From the NCBI GenBank assembly GCA_016872515.1, contig VGZR01000003.1, positions 20,655 to 84,654 of the forward strand: 64,000 nucleotides of DNA, given 5' to 3'. Below are positions 57,174 through 64,000 of this stretch, piece by piece. The stretch's first letter is position 1. Each line of letters begins with the position of its first letter. This stretch comes from SAR202 cluster bacterium (GTDB lineage: Bacteria > Chloroflexota > Dehalococcoidia > Lucifugimonadales > VGZR01). The notes beneath the pieces were generated by a model. That model was not told the DNA's origin and ran no database searches. It saw only the letters and a list, made by a program, of their open reading frames with translations. The translations under genes were made by a program, and so were the position numbers.

Positions 57174-57986
57174 TCACTTCTTCGCCCACATCTCGGCCAC
57201 CGCGTCCGTCCGCATGAACTCCACGCCCGGGAAGCCGCGCATGTAGCCGATGAGCCGCTCCAGCATCCGCACGCGGCCAGGCCGCCCGATGATGAACGGG
57301 TGGCAGGTCAGCATGAACGAACGGCCGTAGTGGTACATCCCCTCGAAGATGTTCGACCACGCCTGGTACACGTACTCCGCGCTGGCGATGGTGCGGACCG
57401 AGCCTAACGCGGGCGAGAAGTCGAAATAAGGGTAGTCGTCCAGTTCCCAGTGGACGGGCACCTCGACCAGCTTCTTGCCGCCGCCCGCGTCCACCATATA
57501 CGGGATGTCGTTTCCCATCAGGCTCGTGTCGTACAGGAAGCCGCGCGAGGCCAAGAGGCCCAGCGAGTGCTCGCTCAGCTCCCAGGCGGGCGACCGGTAG
57601 CCCTTCGGCTTCTGGCCCGTGAGCCGGTTAATGACCTCGACGCCCTTGTCCAGGACCTCCTCTTCCTTCTCTTTGGTCAGCGTCGCGGGCGGCTCGTGCA
57701 TGTAGCCGTGGTGGCCGACCTCATGGCCGCGCTTCACGATTCCCTTCACCAGGTCCTCGTGGGTCTCGGCGACGTAGCCCGGGATGTAGAAGCTGCCCTT
57801 GATGGCGTAGTCGTCGAGCAGGTCGAGGATGCGAAAGGCACCGACGCTCGGCCCGTACTCCCGCATGGACATGAGGCTGGGGAACTTCGCTACCTTCGGG
57901 TCGCGGTTGATCGCGCCCGACACCCCGTCCACGTCGAAGGTCAGCATCACCACGCACCGCGTATCACCGGGCCAGATGCCGCTCAT
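57174..57986 (-). CDS. Polysaccharide deacetylase family protein (CE4, PuuE/PgdA-like)
   Basis: LTFDVD, EYG, HEVGHHGYMH, GYRSP, YDTS, W.LDD, HP.IIGRP.R. Confidence 0.9.
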   Translation of the reverse strand: MSGIWPGDTRCVVMLTFDVDGVSGAINRDPKVAKFPSLMSMREYGPSVGAFRILDLLDDYAIKGSFYIPGYVAETHEDLVKGIVKRGHEVGHHGYMHEPPATLTKEKEEEVLDKGVEVINRLTGQKPKGYRSPAWELSEHSLGLLASRGFLYDTSLMGNDIPYMVDAGGGKKLVEVPVHWELDDYPYFDFSPALGSVRTIASAEYVYQAWSNIFEGMYHYGRSFMLTCHPFIIGRPGRVRMLERLIGYMRGFPGVEFMRTDAVAEMWAKK

Positions 57987-58199
57987 AACCATCTCCTTCT
58001 GCGGAGAACCTCTTTCGCAAGAAAGAGGCCTCTCCACACCTCTCCAGAAAGACCTGGCACTATCCCGATGGGCTGGGTAAACCCGAAGCCTACCCAGCCC
58101 TTCGGGATGCTGTCAAGTTTTCTTGAAGGGGCATGGGGGATCTTCTTCTACGAGAAGGAAGTTCCCCCACAGCGGGGGGTGGCTGTGGGCGGTGTCTGG

Positions 58200-59258
58200 T
58201 CACCTGAACGCAAAGGCGCGTTTGGGGTTCTCGATGAGGATGGCGTCTATCTGCTTCTGCGTGAAGCCGCGCTTGCGCATCCTCGGCACGATATTCTCCA
58301 GGATGTGCGCGAACCCCTTGCCGCCGCGCGCACGGTACTGCCACGGCATGCACACGTCGTGCCCGACGATGAGCTGGCCAAGGTGTCCATTGCCCGCCAG
58401 GAACTCGATGCGCTGTATCCGCTGCACGTCGCTCTCCATGATGTCGGTGACGTCCAGGTACTCGATGGACGTATCTTCCATGGCGAACAGGTCGTCCTGG
58501 ATGAAGCAGCCCGTCTGGGCCAGGTCTTTCAAGACCCTATTGTCCTTCATGATGGAGCTGATGTGCCCAATGACGACGTTCTTAGGGTCGCCGCCCGCCT
58601 TGACGATGACGTTGATGATTTCAGCGGGCGAGCGGTCGCTGAGGCCGGGGTGGACGGTGATGGGGCAGCCGGTGGCCTTGGACGCCTGCACCGACCCGCG
58701 GATGATGCGTTTGGTGGTGTCGCTGAGCGGGTAGAAGCAGCCGATCTCGCCGATGACGCCGGTCTTGATGCCGGTGTCGCCGACGCCGACCGTGACGTCG
58801 CGGATGATCTCCTGGGCGAACTGGTCTTCAGTCTTCTTGTCCGTGCCAGGTGGATAGGACACCGGCACGTAGTAGCTTCCGCCCATGACGACGTTCAGGC
58901 CGGTCGCCCGCGAGATGCGCGCCAGGGCCAGCGGGTCGCGCGCGATGCCGATGCTGGTCGTGTCCACGAGGCTCTGGCCGCCCGCGTGCTTGTAGCGCAG
59001 CACCTCGCGGATGGCGTCGCCGGTGTCGAGCAGGTGGAAGATGTCCATGTTGTACGCGCCGATGACGCCGTGCTTGCCCAGCAGGTCCATGGTGAGCGGT
59101 TTGTCAACGTAGTACCGCTTGCTGGCCTCCTCGGGCACGACCAGGTATTTGGAGCGGTCAATCAGCAGGTGCTCGTGGCCCAGCGTGATGCCGAGGGCGG
59201 CCGCGTCTATCGGGCCGAGGACGGTCTGAACTTTGCCGGTGAGGGTGGATATAGGCAT
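58200..59258 (-). CDS. Phosphotriesterase-related protein (paralog)
   Basis: GHEHL, GVIGEIG, VHPG, IGH, GHD. Confidence 0.9.
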   Translation of the reverse strand: MPISTLTGKVQTVLGPIDAAALGITLGHEHLLIDRSKYLVVPEEASKRYYVDKPLTMDLLGKHGVIGAYNMDIFHLLDTGDAIREVLRYKHAGGQSLVDTTSIGIARDPLALARISRATGLNVVMGGSYYVPVSYPPGTDKKTEDQFAQEIIRDVTVGVGDTGIKTGVIGEIGCFYPLSDTTKRIIRGSVQASKATGCPITVHPGLSDRSPAEIINVIVKAGGDPKNVVIGHISSIMKDNRVLKDLAQTGCFIQDDLFAMEDTSIEYLDVTDIMESDVQRIQRIEFLAGNGHLGQLIVGHDVCMPWQYRARGGKGFAHILENIVPRMRKRGFTQKQIDAILIENPKRAFAFR

Positions 59259-59284
59259 TTTTGTGTCCTTTACTCGCCTGGATA

Positions 59285-60034
59285 TCAGTATCGATAGATG
59301 CGCTCAAGTTCTGGCAACCTTGATAGCGAGGTGGCGGCTACTTTCTTACAGTCCAGCATGGGCACATCCGAGTGGATAGCTGCTTCTAAGTGCGACCGGG
59401 CAATTTCGAGCGCCTGCTGGAAAGAAATGGCCAAAGATTCAAGCGTGCACAAATCAAGGTCAGGGTCGAGGCCCCTTACGCCATTAGCAGCGCGGATTGA
59501 GTTGCCAATAGGAGTCATACATAACATCGCAGCATTGAAGTGAAACTCTGGGTCGTCGGGTGCCAGGCGAATCGCCTGCTTTACGGCCTGGAAGGCGTCC
59601 ATAACTCGATGGAGTTTCTCGTATACAAGTCGGAGTGCATCCCACGGTGCTGGCTGATAGGGATGGCCTTGGATGTACGTTCGTAGCCGTGACTCCCATT
59701 GTTCGAGTGTGCCTAGGTCTGGCCTTAATCCTTGAGGTTTGGCAGGAGGGCCATCAAGAACCTTTCCAAGCTCACTCTCGGCCGGAAACGTGAACACCCC
59801 TTGCGGCAATGCTAGTCGTCCTGATTCCCGATACTTTTTGATTGACTGCTCCATTACCTCCTTTGCCGGACTTGCAAGTCCACCTCTCTCAGCCAACCAC
59901 TCTGCGAGCACTAGAGTGGGGTCTACGAGTGTTTCCCAATTCCCTGGTTGATACTTCTTGACTTGCCATCCTCGTTGTCCGTTTGCAGGGCGTCTCAAAG
60001 CCACACGCGAACGAAATCTGCTGCCGGCTTGCAA
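59285..60034 (-). CDS. Hypothetical protein with a TPR-like motif, lower GC
   Basis: AFQAVKQAIRLAPDDPEFHFN is TPR-like; N-terminus uncertain and may join ORF 59889-60167 through a frameshift. Confidence 0.5.
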   Translation of the reverse strand: MQAGSRFRSRVALRRPANGQRGWQVKKYQPGNWETLVDPTLVLAEWLAERGGLASPAKEVMEQSIKKYRESGRLALPQGVFTFPAESELGKVLDGPPAKPQGLRPDLGTLEQWESRLRTYIQGHPYQPAPWDALRLVYEKLHRVMDAFQAVKQAIRLAPDDPEFHFNAAMLCMTPIGNSIRAANGVRGLDPDLDLCTLESLAISFQQALEIARSHLEAAIHSDVPMLDCKKVAATSLSRLPELERIYRY

Positions 60035-60248
60035 ACGTCTTCCCCCCGGTCGCTTCTACCAACTGCACGAACAGGCCTAGCTCATTGCACCAGCCTCTCT
60101 GGCGGAACGGCAGACCGTTCTTGCATTGACCGATTCTCTCTAGCTTCTGAATCAGTGTATTGTCCATGGCGGACGATTCCTATCGTTCTACACTGTCCTT
60201 ACCAGAAAGAAATTCTTCGGGGGCGGAGTCGCTTTGGACGGTATCTGC

Positions 60249-61340
60249 TTACTTGAACGCGAACACCCGCGCGGGGTTCTTGACCAGGATGGTGTCTATC
60301 TGCTCCTGCGTGAAGCCGCGCTTGCGCATCCTGGGCACGATGTTTTCCAGGATGTGCGCGAAGCCCTTGCCGCCGTACCGCGTCCAGGCGCTCTTGAAGC
60401 ACACGTCCTGCGCGATGACAATGCGCTCCAGGTAGCCCCACTCGATGAGCTGCTCCAAACACTCCATCCGCTGCACGTCGCTGGGCACCGCAATCTCCTG
60501 GTGGGCTACCGCGCCCCAGACTGTGTCCTCCCCGCCGAAAACGTCGTACTCGAGGTAGCAGCCCGTCTCGGCGATGCTGCGCACCCTGTCCATGTTCTTG
60601 AAGAACCCGTCGAGGTGGCCCATCACCAGGTGCGCCGGGTCGGCGCCAGCGCCGTACAGGTCCTTGATGATGGACGGCAGCGAGTCGGGGTGGAAGCCTG
60701 GGTGGATGAGGATGGGCGCACCCGTCTCCACCTGGGCGCGCGCCGACGCCCGCAAGACCTTCCGCTCGGTGGCGCTGGTGGGCCAGAAGTTGCCCACCTC
60801 GCCGATGACGCCGCTCTTCACGCCCGTGTCGCCGACGCCGACGGCGATGTCGCGGACGATGTACTCGGTGATCTGGTCCTCCGTCCGCTTGTCCATGTCG
60901 GAGGGGTACGACACCGGCACGTAGTGCGAGGCGCCCAGGACGACGTTCAACCCGGTCGCCCGCGAGATGCGCGCCAGGGCCAGCGGGTCGCGCGCGATGC
61001 CGATGCTCGTCGTGTCCACCACTGAGCAGCCGCCCGCGTACCTGTACTTCAGCACCTCCTCGATGGCGATGCGCTCGTCGAGAAGCAGGTTGATGTCCTT
61101 GTTCCACATCCACCGCTTGCCGATGTTCCCCAGCATGTCCATCGTCAGCGGCTTGTCCCAGTAGTACCGCTCGCTCGCCTCATCCGGCATCATCATGTAG
61201 CAGGTCAGGTCGAGCAGCAGGTGCTCGTGGGTCATCGTGATGCCGAGCTGGTCCGGCTCGATGGGCCCCAGCACGGTCTGTATCTTGCCTGATAGAGCGC
61301 TTTTCGTCTTCGCCGCCGTCTTCTTCGTCGCAGTACTCAC
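60249..61340 (-). CDS. Phosphotriesterase-related protein (paralog)
   Basis: THEHL, GVIGEVG, IHPG, MGH, AQD; GTG start at 61340 after GAGGAG. Confidence 0.9.
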   Translation of the reverse strand: MSTATKKTAAKTKSALSGKIQTVLGPIEPDQLGITMTHEHLLLDLTCYMMMPDEASERYYWDKPLTMDMLGNIGKRWMWNKDINLLLDERIAIEEVLKYRYAGGCSVVDTTSIGIARDPLALARISRATGLNVVLGASHYVPVSYPSDMDKRTEDQITEYIVRDIAVGVGDTGVKSGVIGEVGNFWPTSATERKVLRASARAQVETGAPILIHPGFHPDSLPSIIKDLYGAGADPAHLVMGHLDGFFKNMDRVRSIAETGCYLEYDVFGGEDTVWGAVAHQEIAVPSDVQRMECLEQLIEWGYLERIVIAQDVCFKSAWTRYGGKGFAHILENIVPRMRKRGFTQEQIDTILVKNPARVFAFK

Positions 61341-61382
61341 CGGCTTCTCCTCATCAGACTCTGTAGGTCGTCTCCACCTACC

Positions 61383-61410
61383 GTAGGGGCACACGGCCGT
61401 GCGCCCCTAC
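61383..61410. repeat. GTAG-type REP palindrome
   Basis: GTAGGGGC-ACACGGCCGTGC-GCCCCTAC. Confidence 0.6.
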
Positions 61411-61650
61411 GTAGCGGGAACGCGACCCTTTTTCGTGGTGGCAGCGAGTGTAGCAACGGGGTAGGGGAGTGTCAAACGGAAGCTGGAAGCCTGTCATGAG
61501 CGAAGGGGCGGCGTGCCGAAGTTGGAGGGCGGACTCATAGGTCTCCCCCTCAAGAGGAGAGGAGGGGCGACTTCGCCAAGCCCTGAGAGGGATCATACAC
61601 CCGAAACGACGTTCCGCCAACGGAACAGTATGGCGTACCATATAAGTAAT

Positions 61651-61664
61651 AGAACACAAGTGCT
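61651..61664 (+). promoter_or_regulatory. Putative LexA (SOS) box
   Basis: AGAAC-ACAA-GTGCT immediately upstream of the AGGAGG RBS of the RepA-like gene. Confidence 0.5.
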
Positions 61665-61679
61665 CTATAGGAGGCGCCC

Positions 61680-63311
61680 ATGCCCGACATCTTGTCCCGT
61701 ATCCGAGTAGCCTTGCGTTGCGGGAACCTGGACTGCCCCTGCCAAGACCCGTATGAGGTCAAGCACTGCCCAGCGCATCCTGGTCCGGCCGGCCGGCCCA
61801 ATCTCGCCATCGAGTCCATCGCAGACGGCGCCGGCGCGTGGTTCCGTTGCGCGCAAGGCTGCACGCAGCTGAACGTGGTGGATGTCCTGCGGGAACGTGG
61901 ACTGTGGCCACAGCCGCCTGGGCGCGCCGCAGCCGCAGCCCTTCAGCCCACGCTCCAGGGTTCCACGTCAAAGACACCGAGGCCGGCTCCCACGCCGGTC
62001 CCCGACTCCCGCGCCGAGGCTCCAGCCGCGCGTCCGCGCTTCCAGACCAAGCTGTTCGCCGAGCTGCTGTCGGAGCCGAAGAAGGAGCGCCGGTGGCTGT
62101 GGGACGGCATGCTCTTGGCGGGCGGGCTGTCGCTGATTGCCGGCAAGCCAAAGGTGGGCAAGTCCAATTTCACACGCAACCTGGCGCTGGCCACATCGCT
62201 GGGGGAGTCCTTCCTGGACCGCGCCACCGTCCAGGGGCCGGTGCTGTACCTGGGGATGGAGGAAGACCGGGACGAGGTCGAAGTCCACCTCGTGGCCCTC
62301 GGCGGCGACGGCTCCGAACTCATCCACATCTACACGGGTATGGCCCCCGAGCAGGCGGTGGAGGCCTTGCGGACGAACATCATGGAGTCCAGGGCCGTGC
62401 TCGCCATCACCGACTCGCTTCAGGACATGGTGCGGATGGGCGACGTCAACGACTACGCCATCGTCAAGCAGGCCTTGGCGTCGCTCAGGGATATGGCCCG
62501 GCAGACCGGCTGCCATATCTTGGCGGTGTACCACCTGGGCAAGGGCGAACGCGAGGGCGGCGACGCCATCCTGGGTTCGGCGGCCATCCTCGGGGCCGTG
62601 GACGCCGCACTGCTCCTGCGCCGCCGGGAGGGCCACGGCATCCTGGAAAGCATCCAGCGCTATGGCAAGGACCTGCCCAGGACGGTGCTGCTCTTCGATG
62701 CGGCCATCGGGCGCTTCACCCTCGGCGGCACCCTGGAGCAGGTGCAACAGCAGGCCACCGGGGCCAAGGTGCTGGAGGCGCTGAAGGGGGGAGTGGTGAC
62801 GCAAGCCCAGATACGTGAGGCGATGGAAGGCGACGGCAGGCTGGTGAACCAAGCCCTTCGTTCACTTATGGCGGGTCAGAAGATACAGCGGGAAGGTAGC
62901 GGCCGAAAGGGCAATCCCTTCCTCTACAGCCTGTCTATCCAAGTGCCTTCTTACTATGACCAGCGCGGAAGTGGCGTAGGGAAAATGCTTTATTGCTTTA
63001 TTCACCAGGTCTTGAATAGACCAATAGAGCATTTCTTCTTAACCCTTAAACGGCTGTACGAAGCCATGAATGCTCGATTAGGCACAATGCGAGCCAGCCA
63101 GCGTAGGTTGGAATGCTCGAAATGCTCGATTCAAGCTACATCTAATCGTCGCCCTGAGCCTTGGCTTAGGATGACAGAAAGCGAGATACGATGTGCAGAC
63201 AGTGTCATATCGAGAAGAAGACCTACGACCCGTACCGGCATGCCGCACTGGACTGGTGGTACAAGGGCGAACCGCACCCAACGCATGGACAGCGGAAGCT
63301 CATCGGCGTAA
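61680..63311 (+). CDS. AAA_25/RepA-like (RecA-fold) helicase with a Cys/His-rich N-terminus, of mobile-element type
   Basis: WLWDGML..GGLSLIAGKPKVGKS (Walker A), VLYLGMEE, ITDSL, HLGK, GSAA..VD; N-terminal CPAH..P.L.I..C..GC. Residues after about 62930 may be read-through. Confidence 0.78.
   Translation: MPDILSRIRVALRCGNLDCPCQDPYEVKHCPAHPGPAGRPNLAIESIADGAGAWFRCAQGCTQLNVVDVLRERGLWPQPPGRAAAAALQPTLQGSTSKTPRPAPTPVPDSRAEAPAARPRFQTKLFAELLSEPKKERRWLWDGMLLAGGLSLIAGKPKVGKSNFTRNLALATSLGESFLDRATVQGPVLYLGMEEDRDEVEVHLVALGGDGSELIHIYTGMAPEQAVEALRTNIMESRAVLAITDSLQDMVRMGDVNDYAIVKQALASLRDMARQTGCHILAVYHLGKGEREGGDAILGSAAILGAVDAALLLRRREGHGILESIQRYGKDLPRTVLLFDAAIGRFTLGGTLEQVQQQATGAKVLEALKGGVVTQAQIREAMEGDGRLVNQALRSLMAGQKIQREGSGRKGNPFLYSLSIQVPSYYDQRGSGVGKMLYCFIHQVLNRPIEHFFLTLKRLYEAMNARLGTMRASQRRLECSKCSIQATSNRRPEPWLRMTESEIRCADSVISRRRPTTRTGMPHWTGGTRANRTQRMDSGSSSA
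62981..63135. repeat. Iteron-like direct and inverted repeats in an AT-rich patch
   Basis: GAAAATGCTTTATTGCTTTATTCA (62981-63004) is inverted against TGAATAGACCAATAGAGCATTTC (63013-63035); AATGCTCGA recurs at about 63069, 63112 and 63121. Confidence 0.55.
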
Positions 63312-63413
63312 CAGATGAAGGCCCGGCCTATGAGGCGCCGCTCGGGGTCGAGGCATGGCTCGACCGGATCGAAGCGATGCTGGCGGAGCGCTCTTGCGCC
63401 GCCGCTCCGCGCT

Positions 63414-64000
63414 TCACTCCTTGATCATGTCCGCCACCCGCTCGCCGATGGCGATGGTGGTCACCATCGTGTTCGCGCGGATGACGTTCGGCATGATGGA
63501 CGCATCCACCACGCGCAGCCCCTGCAGCCCGTGGACGCGTCCCTGCTGGTCCACCACCGCCATTCCGTCCGACGCCGGCCCCATCTTGCACGTCCCGGCC
63601 ACGTGGTGGCCCGTGTACGGGTGGCGCAGTATCCACTCCATGAGCGCCTCGTCGGTGGCGATGTCCGCGTCCGACGGCTCCAGGCGCCGCTCGATGTACG
63701 GGCGGAACGCCTCGTGCTCGGAGAGTTTGAGGCACAGCCGCATCGAGTCGAGGACGCGCTGGCGGTCAAACGGGTCGTCGAGGTAGCGGTAGTCGAGGTA
63801 GGGCGGGTCCTTCTGGTCGCGCGACCGCAGCCGCAGCTCGCCCGAGCCCATCGCCAGGTCGAGCACCGGCGCCATGTACACGCCCACCAGGCCCTCAGCG
63901 GAGTAGGCGGTCAGGCCGCCGCCCTTGCCCGCGAGGCCGACGGACTTCTCGTCGCTGACGGCTCCGGTCATGTAGTTGCCCATGACCACCATCATGTCGT
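63414..64000 (-). CDS. GMC (glucose-methanol-choline) oxidoreductase, C-terminal part only
   Basis: GELRLRS.D, HHVAGTCKMG, VVD.QGRVHG..GLRVVDASIMP..RANT..IGERVAD. Confidence 0.9.
   Translation of the reverse strand, partial: DMMVVMGNYMTGAVSDEKSVGLAGKGGGLTAYSAEGLVGVYMAPVLDLAMGSGELRLRSRDQKDPPYLDYRYLDDPFDRQRVLDSMRLCLKLSEHEAFRPYIERRLEPSDADIATDEALMEWILRHPYTGHHVAGTCKMGPASDGMAVVDQQGRVHGLQGLRVVDASIMPNVIRANTMVTTIAIGERVADMIKE

Noticed and set aside
57450-59297. 615-aa plus-strand ORF
   Set aside because: Antisense shadow of the deacetylase and PTE genes.
63414-64000. Naming the GMC enzyme mftG, or calling the SDRs mycofactocin-dependent
   Set aside because: Only the C-terminus is visible and no mft genes are in the window; possible but not supportable.

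Overview
High-GC bacterial chromosomal segment. Gene content suggests Chloroflexota, probably Dehalococcoidia/SAR202-like; this is inference from the 11-subunit complex I, the LLM/PPOX enzymes, the expanded SDR and phosphotriesterase-like paralogs and a PAC2 gene. Left to right: (1) hopanoid cluster on the minus strand (polyprenyl synthase, hpnH, hpnG, shc, YjbQ, alpha/beta hydrolase, partial hpnD-like synthase); (2) nuoABCDHIJK-orf-LMN lacking nuoEFG, followed by NAD kinase and a Nudix hydrolase; (3) LLM, PAC2 and GYD genes and a tandem SDR array; (4) yybP-ykoY Mn riboswitch, terC and a three-domain cupredoxin lipoprotein; (5) pxpABC-like genes divergent from oadG/oadB/biotin-carrier genes with no canonical carboxyltransferase subunit, which is the best candidate for an undescribed system (a Na+-pumping decarboxylase using PxpBC as its carboxyltransferase); (6) a catabolic region with AKR, a Mo-hydroxylase large subunit, PTE-like paralogs, tRNA-Thr(CGT), a GS-like ligase, acs, ggt, an amidohydrolase, a VOC pair and a deacetylase, plus three pseudogenes; (7) a RepA/AAA_25-like replication gene with a LexA-like box and iteron-like repeats, then a partial GMC oxidoreductase. 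Palindromic REP-like repeats are scattered through the intergenic DNA, and one is inserted in frame inside an SDR gene. All family calls come from motif recognition by eye; no database search was run.
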